Made by a program: the position numbers and the translations under genes. Below the pieces are notes generated by a model. That model did no database searches and was not told the DNA's origin. It saw only the letters and a program-made list of their open reading frames with translations. From Verrucomicrobiota bacterium (GTDB taxonomy: Bacteria > Verrucomicrobiota > Verrucomicrobiia > Limisphaerales > UBA9464), in contig JBDNHZ010000078.1 of the NCBI GenBank assembly GCA_041688515.1, positions 1-43,630 of the forward strand: 43,630 nt of DNA. Direction: 5' to 3'. This document shows positions 19,502 through 31,200 of this stretch, in pieces. The first letter of the stretch is position 1; every line of letters starts with the position of its first letter.

Positions 19502-21766
19502 ATGAAGCCGCACTGGATTGGATTGGTATTTGGACTGGGCGTGATGGTCCCCACGTGGGCCGCGCTTCCGGTGGTTGCCGTCGCTGAACTTCAGCCGTTC
19601 CAGGCGCAGGTGCGTCGGGTCATGGAAGGCCTGACGGTGGTGGGATCGCCGTTGTCGGCTTCGGAGCGCAGCACGATCGACGCGGCGCTGGCGGAATCCG
19701 ATCCGACCCTGGCGGCTGCCAAGGTGCAGGCCGTTTTTGATGCCCGAACATTGATCGGAGTGCACATCAACCCGGAGATGCGGGTCAAGGTGCAGGCCGG
19801 AGACGCCAAGCCGCGATTGTCCGAAGGCGGTTGGACGGCATTTCTGGTGAAGGTCCACAATGAAGCCGGAACGACGGCGACGCTGCGGGTGAAGAGTCCG
19901 CAGGGCGAACGATTGCACGAGGCACCGGCGGCAGCGGTTGAGGATCGCTGGTTGGCAGCCGAACTCTTCGCTGGAGCGCCCATGAAGGTGGAGTTGGGTG
20001 GTTTGCCCCTGGAGTACCGGATCCTGCAATTGTACTCGCGGGATCCGGGGCGTCGGGAGGCCAAACTGGCATTTGATGTCGGGCAGGGGACACAGGATCT
20101 CGGGTTTCGTGGAGAGGCGGACCTCCTGTTTGAGTCCCGGGCAGCACAGCCGGTGAAGCTCCGGATCGTCGATGAGAACGGGGCACCTACGACCGCATCG
20201 ATGGTCATCACCGATGCGCAGGGCCACGTGTTTCCGGCACCGTCAAAACGGTTGGCCCCGGACTTCTTCTTCCATTCGCAGGTCTATCGGGGCGACGGCG
20301 AGACGCTGCGACTCCCCTCGGGCCGGTATACGGTCGAGTTCCGGCGAGGCCCGGAGTCGGTTCCGATCCGGCGGGACTTTGAGGTTGGAACTGGCCCGCA
20401 GAACTGGATGTACCAGGTGCGTCGCTGGATTGACCCGGCGAAGATGGGCTGGATTTCAGGCGACCACCATATCCATGCCGCTGGCTGTGCCCACTACAAC
20501 AAGCCGACCGAAGGAGTGCATGCATCGGATATGATGCGGCATGTGTTGGGTGAAGATCTGAAGGTGGGAGCCAACCTGACGTGGGGGCCCTGCTTTGATT
20601 ATCAGAAGCAGTTCTTCCGTGCCGGGGATGATCCGGTTTCGCGTTTTCCCTACCTGCTCCGATATGACATCGAAGTCAGTGGCTTTGGCTCCCATGAATC
20701 CGGACATCTCTGCCTCTTGCAGCTCAAGGATCAGATGTACCCGGGCGGCGACTCGAAGCATCACTGGCCGAAGCTCTGTCTGAACACGCTGGCCTGGGGC
20801 AAGAAGCAGGGGGCGTTGTGCGGACCGGCTCATTCGGGATGGGGTTTGGAAGTGAAGACGCGCGAGCTCCCCAATTTCGAGATCCCGCCGTTCAACGGAA
20901 TCGGAGCCAACGAGTACATTGTAGACGTGACCCATGAGGTCCCGGGCCCGGACGGCAAAGGGGTTCCCGCAGTCGATTTCATGTCCACGGTCGACACGCC
21001 CTACGTGTGGGAATTGAACATCTGGTATCATACCCTGAACGCCGGGTTCCGCACCCGCATCAGCGGGGAGACCGACTTCCCCTGCATCTACGGCGAGCGG
21101 GTGGGGTTGGGTCGGAGTTATGTGAAGCTGGATCCCAAGTGGAGCTATGAGGACTGGTGCGAAGGCATTCGCGCGGGTCGGAATTATGTCAGCGACGGGT
21201 TCAGTCACCTGATGGATTTCAAGGTAGAGGCCGCTGGGAGAACGGCGGAGATGGGGGTGGACGGAAGTGAACTGGCGGTGGCGGCACCCACGAAGGTCCG
21301 TGCGAAGGTGCGGGTGGCGGCTCGATTGGAGGCGAAGCCCGACCCGTCGATTGCCTCGCGCCATTACACCGAGAAGCCCTACTGGCACATCGAGCGGGCG
21401 CGTCAGGGCGAAACCCAGGAAGTTCCTGTCGAGTTGCTCCGGAACGGCTTTCCGGTGGCCCGACAGACGATGGTGGCGGACGGGACGATCCAGGACTTGG
21501 AGTTCGAGACGGACATGGCTGAGAGCGGATGGCTCGCGGTCCGCATCCTGCCCAGTGCCCACACCAATCCGATCTGGGTGACGGTGGCGGACAAGCCGGT
21601 GCGGGCCTCGCGACGTTCGATCCAGTGGTGCCTCGATTCCGTGGACCAATGCTGGAAGAACAAGGAGCGCTTCATGAAGGGGGCGGAACATGCGCAGGCC
21701 GTTGCGGCCTACGATCACGCAAGGAAGGTATACCGCGCCCGCCTGGCGGAAGCCTCGGGAGACTGA
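19502..21766 (+). CDS. Secreted CehA/McbA-family (PHP-like) metallohydrolase
   Basis: Signal peptide MKPHWIGLVFGLG...TWA, GDHHIH metal motif, WYHTLNAGFR..ISGETDFP, AHTNPIWV. The ORF-track start at 18425 is an antisense extension over asd. Confidence 0.75.
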   Translation: MKPHWIGLVFGLGVMVPTWAALPVVAVAELQPFQAQVRRVMEGLTVVGSPLSASERSTIDAALAESDPTLAAAKVQAVFDARTLIGVHINPEMRVKVQAGDAKPRLSEGGWTAFLVKVHNEAGTTATLRVKSPQGERLHEAPAAAVEDRWLAAELFAGAPMKVELGGLPLEYRILQLYSRDPGRREAKLAFDVGQGTQDLGFRGEADLLFESRAAQPVKLRIVDENGAPTTASMVITDAQGHVFPAPSKRLAPDFFFHSQVYRGDGETLRLPSGRYTVEFRRGPESVPIRRDFEVGTGPQNWMYQVRRWIDPAKMGWISGDHHIHAAGCAHYNKPTEGVHASDMMRHVLGEDLKVGANLTWGPCFDYQKQFFRAGDDPVSRFPYLLRYDIEVSGFGSHESGHLCLLQLKDQMYPGGDSKHHWPKLCLNTLAWGKKQGALCGPAHSGWGLEVKTRELPNFEIPPFNGIGANEYIVDVTHEVPGPDGKGVPAVDFMSTVDTPYVWELNIWYHTLNAGFRTRISGETDFPCIYGERVGLGRSYVKLDPKWSYEDWCEGIRAGRNYVSDGFSHLMDFKVEAAGRTAEMGVDGSELAVAAPTKVRAKVRVAARLEAKPDPSIASRHYTEKPYWHIERARQGETQEVPVELLRNGFPVARQTMVADGTIQDLEFETDMAESGWLAVRILPSAHTNPIWVTVADKPVRASRRSIQWCLDSVDQCWKNKERFMKGAEHAQAVAAYDHARKVYRARLAEASGD

Positions 21767-21774
21767 GAAGTCTC

Positions 21775-22656
21775 CTACCGACCGCGGATGCGCTGGATCA
21801 GGGCTTCCAGGCGTTGACCATACTCGACGTAGTTGGCCCGCAGGGCGTCGTCCTGGGCGGAGGCGTTGGCGTCGTGGAAGACGGCGACCATGTGGGGTTC
21901 GATGGAGATGCCGGCATCGTACCCGCGGCTGAAGGCATCCCGGAGAATCCGTTCGACCGCTCCGTCGCCCTCGCCGGGAAAGGTATAGTCGGCGTCATTC
22001 TTGGCGGTATTCCAGCGGGCATCCTTCACGTGGATGTGGACGCTGGCGTCCCGGACATGGGTCCAGAATTCCCAGGGATCCTGACGGGGCCGGGGCTCGG
22101 CTTTGGAACGGTCGAGGTTGAAGACGGGATTGGCCGTGTCGAAAACCCATTGAAGTCCGGGGACGTTCTCGAGGAGCCGTTCGGCGTGTTGCCAGCTCAT
22201 GCCCCCGTAGTTCATGCAGTTCTCGTGGACGGGTTGGACTCCCGCGTCGCGGAACCGGTTCACCACCTCGCGCAACCGTCGGAAGCGTTCCTCTTCCATC
22301 TGATCCTCCGCGTCCCGCACCTTGTAGCTCATGATGCGGACAAATTTTGCTCCGACGCGCTGCATCCGCGGGATCGCCCGGTCCACCTCCGCCAGGGTGA
22401 GGTCGAAAGGGTCTTCGATCTTCTTGGCCCAGTTCCCGATCGTGGAGGCGAAGCAAAGGACGCCGATCCCCGCAGCGTGCAGTTGTTCGACAGCGAGGTC
22501 GAAGGCGTCGTCCGGAATGTCGTGGAAGTTGCCTTTGGCGAAGCCCTCGACCGCGACATTCCGCATTTCAAGATGCTTCCAGTCCAGATCCCGGGTGGCC
22601 TGGATCTGGGAGGCGAGGGAATTGCCCGCCTCATCGCTGATGCCGCATAGAGTCAT
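21775..22656 (-). CDS. Sugar-phosphate isomerase/epimerase (xylose isomerase-like TIM barrel)
   Basis: GISDEA, VHENC, VFDTAN, HIHVKDA, PGEGDG, ISIEPH. Confidence 0.85.
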   Translation of the reverse strand: MTLCGISDEAGNSLASQIQATRDLDWKHLEMRNVAVEGFAKGNFHDIPDDAFDLAVEQLHAAGIGVLCFASTIGNWAKKIEDPFDLTLAEVDRAIPRMQRVGAKFVRIMSYKVRDAEDQMEEERFRRLREVVNRFRDAGVQPVHENCMNYGGMSWQHAERLLENVPGLQWVFDTANPVFNLDRSKAEPRPRQDPWEFWTHVRDASVHIHVKDARWNTAKNDADYTFPGEGDGAVERILRDAFSRGYDAGISIEPHMVAVFHDANASAQDDALRANYVEYGQRLEALIQRIRGR

Positions 22657-22828
22657 GGCCGGAAGGTACTCAGGGGGAGGGCGGATTTCGAAGGGCGAAC
22701 TTTGAGGGACTAACGGTGGCCGCCGGAACAGAACCTGGAAACGGCCGGTTGATCCACCGCCTGCCTGTCGCCCGTGGATCGGTGGCACTCCTGTCTGGCG
22801 TCAACCCCACCGCGCTGGTGAGGCGTGG

Positions 22829-23176
22829 TCAGTGCGCGATGGTTCGTCGCATCACAATCTCATCCGAAGTCATCCCGGCGAACTCCCAGCCTTCTTTCAC
22901 CAACCCGTTCATCGCGCAGTTCATGTAGAATGCCCGTTCGTCACAGCGGTCCGGACGGCTGAGCTTCCGGAGCTCAGACCCGACAAACTCCACGCGGCCG
23001 CCCGGGCGGATGACATGGGTGTTTTCGCGTCCAGCCCAACGGAGGGTCAGGTACTCGTTCGCCGCGGGAGATCCGGCGGCGGGTGCCTGTGCTTGGAGGG
23101 GTAAACGGAGAGCGATCCATGCCGCAGCGGCGATGGCGACCGTCACGACGACGAGGGCAGGGCGGAGTGTTTTCAT
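22829..23176 (-). CDS. Small exported hypothetical protein
   Basis: N-terminal signal-like segment; C-terminal MNGLVKEGWEF motif, reminiscent of DUF4177-type proteins. Confidence 0.7.
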   Translation of the reverse strand: MKTLRPALVVVTVAIAAAAWIALRLPLQAQAPAAGSPAANEYLTLRWAGRENTHVIRPGGRVEFVGSELRKLSRPDRCDERAFYMNCAMNGLVKEGWEFAGMTSDEIVMRRTIAH

Positions 23177-23188
23177 GAGAGAGGGGGA

Positions 23189-23602
23189 TCAGTACCGAGG
23201 TTTGCCGGGATCGACCGTGAAGCCGCCTTGGGCCTTTTGATTGAGATCGAAGAAGAGGCGTTGCGGAACCCGGTCTTCCTGTCCGAACCAACCGCCGGTT
23301 CGGAAAACCTTGGTCTGGACGCTTTGGCCGTCGTGCACCGGATGCACTCGGATGACGAAGTCGGCTGAGCCGAAATTGTGGAAGGTTCCGTCGCGATCGC
23401 CCCAGACCTTGATTTCCACCGGCGTGACCCCGACGAAGTCATCGTTGACCTCAACGCGGGCACCCGGATCGCTGGCCTCGATCTTCACGTTGTAGGCGAT
23501 GGTCCCGGCTTGGCCACGTTCGGGCTTGGCGGTGGGGCCACTGGCGCACCCGGCTGCGAGCAGAGTCAGCAGAGGGATGAGGCTTTGGGTTTTGGATGTC
23601 AT
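23189..23602 (-). CDS. PEGA-like domain lipoprotein
   Basis: Lipobox LAAGC; IEASDPGARVEVND.FVG.TPV. Start set at MTSKTQ. Confidence 0.7.
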   Translation of the reverse strand: MTSKTQSLIPLLTLLAAGCASGPTAKPERGQAGTIAYNVKIEASDPGARVEVNDDFVGVTPVEIKVWGDRDGTFHNFGSADFVIRVHPVHDGQSVQTKVFRTGGWFGQEDRVPQRLFFDLNQKAQGGFTVDPGKPRY

Positions 23603-23748
23603 CAGAGGGAAGCCTATCTCCCGCCGCAGGAAGGCGGCAAGGGGCGAGCTTTTTCCGCACGAGGCCGGGCTGGGGCATCCGGCCTGGGTTGGAGGAGAGA
23701 CTTGCCGCTGGACACGACCCGTTGACTGGATCATTTCCGTCTTCGCCG

Positions 23749-24201
23749 ATGAACGAAGCTGAACTTCTTGCACGACTTGCCCTCGTCGAGGCTTTGCATG
23801 CCGGAGCGACAACACCGGGTGAAGCCAATGCCGCGGCCTTCGCGAAGGAGCGGATCCGTGCACGGCTTGCCAAACTCCAGACCGAAGCCCCGTCAATCGA
23901 GTATGCATTCAGCATGCCCGATCACTGGAATCGGCAACTGATGCTCGCCTTGCTGCGACGGTATGACATTCGGCCCTACCGGTATGCCCGGCAGCGGCGC
24001 ACCACCATCCGCGCGCGTATTCCCGAGCGCTTTGTGGACGAGACCTTGTGGCCCACGTATCTGGAGCTCAGCGATCTGCTCCACCGGCATCTGGAGGAAG
24101 TTACCCAACGCATCATTTCCCAAGCCATCTCCGCCGACACGTCCGAGGCCGAAGAACGCTCAGGCGGGCCAGTGGAAGTGCGGGGTATCGAGCAGGGCTG
24201 A
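23749..24201 (+). CDS. Hypothetical protein at the left edge of the defence island
   Basis: Clean 150-aa ORF. The N-terminal helical hairpin GATTPGEANAA resembles DUF2786-type motifs; basic RYARQRRTT segment. Confidence 0.7.
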   Translation: MNEAELLARLALVEALHAGATTPGEANAAAFAKERIRARLAKLQTEAPSIEYAFSMPDHWNRQLMLALLRRYDIRPYRYARQRRTTIRARIPERFVDETLWPTYLELSDLLHRHLEEVTQRIISQAISADTSEAEERSGGPVEVRGIEQG

Positions 24202-24392
24202 GCGAGGCACCACGGACGGTTGCGCTCGGCGTGGGGGGTCATGCCTGTCCGCTTCCGCACGAGAGGTTGGTGGCTTGAAAGGAAAGTTTAGCCGCCCACG
24301 CGGCTGCGAAGTTGCTTGTGCCCACCACCAGAGGTTGCCTGGAGCCGGCTGTCGCCGGTACCTTGGTCCTTCCAGCACCGACAAAGAGATCC

Positions 24393-27300
24393 ATGCCCGC
24401 TCCATCACCATCGATTCCCCAATCTGGACAGTTGGTTCGCGTTCGAACCCGGCATTGGCTGGTGGACGAGACGGCACCGTCGGCGTTTGGTGATTGCGTG
24501 CGGCTTTCCTGCGTCGATGACGATGCCCAAGGAGATGTGCTTGAGGTGGTCTGGCAGGCGGAACTGGATGCCCAGATCCTCGATTTCGAAGGGTGGTCGC
24601 AGATCGGGGCGAAGGGATTCGACGAGCCGCGCCTCTTTGCCGCGTACTTCAACACGCTGCGCTGGCACTGCGTCACAGCGACGGATCCGAAGCTCTTTCA
24701 AGCCCCCTTCCGCGCGGGCAATTCGCCTGGATGCCTACCAGCTCGAGCCACTCAAAAAGGCGCTCCAACTCCCTCGGGTCAACCTGTTCATCGCCGATGA
24801 TGTCGGTCTCGGGAAGACGATCGAAGCCGGGCTGATCGCCACCGAACTACTGCTTCGCCGCCGGGTTCGGGAGGTGGTGGTGGTGTGTCCCCCTTCGATG
24901 CTCAAACAGTGGCAGGAGGAGCTGGATTCCCGGTTCGGTTTGCGGTTCGAGATCCTCGACCGTGAGTAGATCGAGCGGATCCGCCGGGATCGCGGTTATG
25001 CCGTCAATCCGTGGGACACGTTCCCGCGGTTCCTCGTTTCCCAGCGCTTGCTCATCGACGAATCGTACGCGGCCCCGATGCGGGTGTGGCTCGACAATCT
25101 TCGTCCGGGCAGCCTGCTCATCCTTGACGAGGCCCATCATGCCGCCCCGGCCAGTGGCACGAAGTACGCCATCGATTCGAAGTTCACCCGCGCGATTCGC
25201 GATCTCGCGCCGCGTTTCGAGCACCGGCTCTTTCTTTCCGCGACGCCTCACAACGGGCATTCGAACAGTTTCAGCGCCTTGCTTGAGCTTCTCGACGACA
25301 AACGCTTCATGCGGGGCGTCCCCGTGCTGAAGTCGGCGTTGGACGCCGTCATGGTGCGTCGCCTCAAGGAGGATGTTCGGGTCATTGCCGGAGGGTTTCC
25401 GGTCCGCAAGGTGGTGCAAGTGGATCTGAAGGATTTGCCCGCCGACTCCCCGGAGCTGCTTTTGGCTGATTGGTTGGACGCCTACGCCACGGTGCGGAGG
25501 GAACGGCTCTCGGCCGCGACCAAGCGCGAGCAGACGCAGGGCGCGTTGATCCTTTCCACGCTCCAACAGCGGTTGTTTTCGTCGATCGAAGGTTTTCAAC
25601 GAACGCTGGCTGCCCATCGCAAGGCCATGGAAAAGGTGTGGGCGGGCGAAACCAGCACGAGGAGGGGGGCGTCCGCGGCGGATGTCGCCCAACTGACCGC
25701 CGGATACGACAACGACGACGACCGCTCATTGCTCCCCGCCGAACAGCAGGAGGCCGACGCGGCGGCGGCGCTTGAGTCCGCCACGACCGCGGCGGTGGGT
25801 ACCGCGACTGAGTCCATGGTTGCTCGGGAACGACAGCTCCTCGGCGATATGGCGCGCCTCGCGGAACAACATCGGCATCGGCCGGACGCGCGCATTGCCT
25901 GGCTGGTGAACTGGATGCAGGTGAATTGCTGTGCCGATGTCCGACTGCCCGGTACGCCCAGGCCACCGACCGGTGCACCGTGGTCTCCGCTTCGCCTGAT
26001 CATCTTCACCGAGTACGAGGACACCGCCCGCTATCTGCGGACCCAGTTGGAGGCGGCGATCAACGGTACCGACCAATCAGCCTCCCGGATCGAGGTGTTC
26101 CACGGGCCGACCCCGCCCGACAAACGCGAGCAGTTGAAGCGCGCCTCTAACGAGCCTCCCGATCGCCAGCCGCTCCGGATCCTGATCGCCACCGATGACG
26201 CCCGCGAAGGTCTCAATCTCCAAGCCCATTGCTGGCATCTGTTCCACTTCGATCTTCCGTGGAATCCGGCCCGGCTTGAGCAGCGCGATGGTCGCGTGGA
26301 CCGCAAGCTTCAGCCCAATGCCGACGTCTTCTGCCACTACTTCGTCTACGCCCAGCGACCGGAAGACCGCGTTCTCCGTGCGCTGGTGCGCAAGACCGAA
26401 ACCATCCGGCTGGAACTCGGCAGTCTCTCCGAAGTCATAGAGACGCGGCTTCGGCTGGGCATCCGACGTGCCGATGTCGCCGCGACCGCAGCAGAAATTG
26501 AGGGCTGGGAAGACGATCCCGAGCGCCGCGCCGCACGGGAAGCGGAGCTGGATGAAGCCGCCAAGGATCGTCAGGCCCGGCTCCGGACCGAGATCGATTC
26601 GCTTCGAAACCGCATCAACGACGCAAGGCGTTGGATCGGTTTGGATGAGGTCCAATTCCGCGACGCGCTCAATTGCTCCCTCGAATGCCTCGAGGCCGAG
26701 CCTCTGCGCGAGGCGTTCACTCCGCCCGGCGAGCCGGCCCGGTACGCCTTCCCCAATCTCCAGGCACGGCGCGGGGCAGACCCGCGCTGGGCCGCGACCC
26801 TCGACACCCTGCGCACGCCTCTCAGCCGTGATCAGACTCTATTCGAGTGGCGGCGCGAAGCCCCGCTGCGTCCCGTCGTCTTCACGCCGCCCTCGGGTTT
26901 CGGCGGCGACACGGTTCAGCTTCATCTCTCCCACCGTGTTGTGCAGCGGTTGCTCAGTCGGTTCCTTTCGCAGGGCTTTGTTCATCACGACTTGTCCCGC
27001 GCGTGTCTGGCCCAGTCCGACGATGCCATTCCCCGCGTCGTGTTGCTCGGACGTCTCGCGCTGTACGGGGCAGGAGCCGCACGCCTCCACGAGGCCTTGA
27101 TCACCGTCACCGCGCGCTGGACCGATCCTGCCGACCGCAAGCAGCCGATGACTCCCTACGGACGCGAGGCCGAGGGGCGGACCATGACCCTCCTTCAGGA
27201 ATCGCTGAAACCCGGCGGTTCGAAGGGATCGGTTCCCGAGACGGCGCAACAGCGTCTGAAGGCCGCCATGGCTCAGGACACCCAGCAGCTTCTGCCGCAT

Positions 27301-27636
27301 TTGGAGCAACGGGGCCAGGCTGCTCGGGGCGATGCCGAATCTCAATTGGCCGAGCGCGGGCGGCTTGAATCTGAATCCCTGAGGAAAATACTCGAAGACC
27401 AGCGCCGCCGCGTGCTCGCCAAGTACGAGAGCACCGAGGCCGACCAGCTTCTCCTCGGTTTCAACGACGACGAAAAACGCCAGATCTCCGCCGACCGCCG
27501 CCACTGGGAACGTTGGCTGGCCAACGTGGACGGCGATCTCTCCCGCGAACCCAGGCGCATCGCTGAGTTCTACCAAACCCAGTCCTTCCGGATCGAACCG
27601 GTGGGCCTGGCCTATCTCTGGCCCGTGACTGGCTAA
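24393..27636 (+). pseudogene. drmD: DISARM SNF2-like helicase DrmD, disrupted
   Basis: GQLVRVRTRHWLV, FQAPFRAG/IRLDAYQLEPL (extra base at about 24720), IADDVGLGKT, in-frame TAG at 24967-24969, LDEAHH, LSATPHNG, REGLNLQ, DLPWNPARLEQR, C-terminal PVGLAYLWP. Confidence 0.88.
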
Positions 27637-27639
27637 CCC

Positions 27640-28258
27640 ATGTTCACCCCGAACGACAGACCCGAGAAGATCCGCCTTCGCGTCGTGCTCAACGAAGGCC
27701 AATGCACACTCGCCGACGGAAGTTCGCTTCCCAGACTCAAGCCGGGAGCGCTGGCTGAATTGAGGATTGGCGTGGAAGACTTAGTGGACGAATCCGAGCG
27801 GACGAAGCTGCGCGGCGAACGGCGAATCCTCTTCCTTCCGTCAGGCTCGAAGCTTTGGGCGCGGATCAGGACCGAGTTTGTCACCAAGGAGTTTGGGGGC
27901 CTATCGGGTCCCCAAGTATTTCCCGAAATTGGGGAAAGGTTTCGGGGTTGAGTTTGAACTGAGGAATGACCTCTACCTGCGAGTTCGTTCATCCAAGAGC
28001 TCGTTGCTGGTCGAGTGCGACTGTCGCATCCCCTCCCTGATGTTCGATGCCCAGAGTGTCAACGAAGCCTACGCCCGTATCTCGACTGAATTCGAACCCA
28101 GCCGTCGTTCGCACACGGGGAACGTCTTCAACTGTGTCTTTATCGACCAGGATTTTGGGCTGGCCCCGCTAGCAGAGCTGCGCCTGAAACTGGAGGAGGA
28201 TTCCGCCGATCCGGATATGCAACTTTCCTCGGGGCAGCAATCCACGCCTTTCGGCTGA
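27640..28258 (+). pseudogene. Hypothetical gene between drmD and drmMI, probably a single frameshifted ORF
   Basis: ORFs 27640-27951 and 27878-28258 overlap in different frames. The first starts 3 nt after the drmD stop; the second ends in a TGATG overlap with drmMI. Confidence 0.6.
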
Positions 28259-31200
28259 TGCCCCTAATCCCCGCCAACACCAAAGATCCCGCCCTCGCCG
28301 ATCACCTTGCGTGGCTGGGCTACGTCCAGCCCGAGGGGCTCGTGGTCTCGGCGCCGGCATTGGTGGATGCGCAGGCCATCATTGATCGCGCCCAGCTGGG
28401 CGATCTCCAGCGCCGATTTGCCGAATACGTTTCAGATCTTCCGATCGCGGACGGCGACACCGCTGAAACCCGTCCCGGGATCAAGGACATCGCCCGTCTG
28501 CTCGGGGAATTCCTGGGCTGGCAATCCGCACTCATCCATGGCCTCGATCCGTCCCGTCCATTGCCGGACACCTTGACCGTCGCCCTGCCCGAATTTCAGG
28601 AAACGCTTGAGCCGACCTATGCGGTGCAGAATCCGCATGCCAAGGAAGGGGCCTCGCCCTGGTGGCTGCTCGTCCAGTGCCACGCCTCCACGGTGGACCT
28701 CGAAAGGCCTGAGGCCGGATCGGAACGGCATTGGCACGCTTCGCCGGCGAAGAAGTTCGAACGGCTCCTGCGTGAGGCTGGCGTGCCGATCGGCCTGTTG
28801 ACCAATGGCACCGAATTCCGCCTCGTCTATGCGCCGCCCAAGGAGAACTCGGGCACGCTCACCTTTCCGGTCGGCGCGATGTGCGAGGTGAGCGGACGAC
28901 TCATTCTGGGCGCGTTTCGACTGCCGCTGGGTTGCTGGACGCTCTTCTCCGCGCCTGCCGAGGCCCGTTGCCGGGGCTGCTCCAGCGGAGTCGCGATTAT
29001 CAGGCGAGCGTCTCGGAGATCCTCGCCGAACAGGTGCTCCACGCCCTGTACGAATTGCTGCGGGGCTTCGAGGCCGGGGATGATCGAGCCCAGCACCAGC
29101 TGCTGCGTGAACTGGCCGTTCGGGCGCCGGGCGACATCTACGGCGGGTTGGTCACCGTTCTTCTCCGGCTCGTGTTGCCCCTGTTCGCTGAGGATCGGGG
29201 ACTCCTGCCCACGAGCGGGCTTTATGTCCGTCACTACTCGGTGCGGGGCCTGTTCGAGCGGCTTCGCGCGGATGCCGAGCGATACCCGGATACCATGGAC
29301 TACCGCTTCGGTGCCTGGGCGCATCTCCTGGTTCTTTTCCGCGTCATCCATGGCGGTTGTCGGCATCCCGACCTCAAGATGCCCTCCCGCCGTGGCCACC
29401 TGTTCGATCCGGACCGCTATCCGTTTCTCGAAGGCCGCGCCACGGATCGCGACCCGATCGGCGCGCTGCCATTGGTCAGCGACGGTACGATCCATCGAGT
29501 GCTCGAAAAGCTGTGCATCCTCGAAGGGGAACGCGTCAGCTACCGGACGCTGGACGTCGAGGAGATTGGATCGGTCTATCAGACCATCATGGGATTCGGC
29601 GTCGAGATCGCGGCCGGCACCGCCGTTGGCCTCAAGGCCAAACGGAAGAATGGGGGTGTTCCTGCCGCGCCGATCATCGTTCTCGAAGAACTCCTTTCCG
29701 TCCCTGCCAAGGACCGCGCCAAGTGGCTCAAGGAAAAGGCGGACACAGACCTCAACGCCGAAGCCGACAAGAAGCTCAAGGCCGCCGTGGTCGTGGACGA
29801 TCTCCTCGTGGCGTTGGAAAAGCGCATCGATCGCCACGCCACACCGGGTCCGGTAGCCCAGCGCGGGCTCGTGCTCCAGCCCACCGACGAACGTCGTCGC
29901 AGCGGCTCGCACTACACCCCGCGCTCCTTCACCGAACCCATCGTTCGCAAGACCCTCGAACCGATCCTGAAGCGATTCGGCGACCAGCCAAAACCGCAGC
30001 AGATCCTCGAACTCAAAGTCTGCGACATCGCCGTGGGATCCGCCGCGTTCCTCGTCGAAACCTGTCGCCAGCTTGGCGACCAGCTCGTCAAAGCCTGGCG
30101 CGTGCATGGTGGCCGACCGCAGGTCCCGCCCGATGAGACCGAGGAACTCCTCGCCAAGCGCCTCATCGCGCAACGCTGCCTCTACGGCGTGGACCGCAAT
30201 CCGATGGCCACCGACCTCGCCAAGCTCTCCCTCTGGCTCGCCACCCTGGCCAAGGACCATCCCTTCACCTTCCTCGACCACGCCATCCGCTGCGGCGATT
30301 CCCTCGTCGGCTGAAGTCGCATGGGAACGCCGACCTTGTTGCCCATTTTTTCCGGCGCGGATTTGACCTACTGCGACTGAACGGTTGCTCTTGTTTATTC
30401 GCCACGAAGACCATCCTTCAGGGCGACACTCGCCAGACAGGGTTGCAGTGGATTCGCCAACATCGCGGAACAATTTACTTGGCACGCAGACGCTACAAGT
30501 GGGCAGGACAAGCCGCGGTCATTGTCAGTGTGGTTCACGTCACAAAAGGAACGTGGACTGGCCTGTGCGACCTTGATGGGCGAATGGTGGAGCAAATCAC
30601 CAGCTATCTGTTCCATGCGGGTGGTGACGAAAGCCCTGCACCGCTGCAAGTGAATGAATCGAAGAGCTTCATAGGAAACTTCGTGCTCGGCATGGGATTC
30701 AGTTTTGACGACGGCGGAACAAACGAGGCTGCCAGCCCGATGGCTGAAATGGAACGACTTGTTGCGCTCCATCCTCGAAATGCGGAACGGATTTTTCCTT
30801 ACATCAACGGTGGCGAGACCAACGAGCGTCCTGCACATGCCCACTCGCGTTACATCATCAATTTCGATGACTGGCCGCAGCGCAAGGAGGATTGTGGTTT
30901 TCAGTGGATGGAAGCAGACGAGGCGCAGCGCAGCGACTGCTTGCGGAAGGGAATCGTGCCTCTCGACTATCCCAGCTCCGTGACAGCAGATTATCCAGAC
31001 CTGCTCCAATTGGTTCAGCAACGGGTGCTACCAGAGCGTCTGAATCAAGACGATGAAGGTGGCCGAGAAAAATGGTGGCTTCATCTACGCTCTCGATTGC
31101 CACTCTATGCAACGACCAAGAACCTTGAGCGAATTCTTGTTCGGTCGCTAACGAGCACAAACTTTTCAACATTTACGTTCCTGCCAAACGGAATGGTTTA

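Noticed and set aside
24700-24975. Programmed frameshift or amber readthrough rescuing drmD
   Set aside because: There is no slippery run at the shift, and two independent lesions occur. TAG is one change from TAC, and the partner genes are also broken.
28827-30485. 552-aa minus-strand ORF
   Set aside because: It is the antisense shadow of drmMI.
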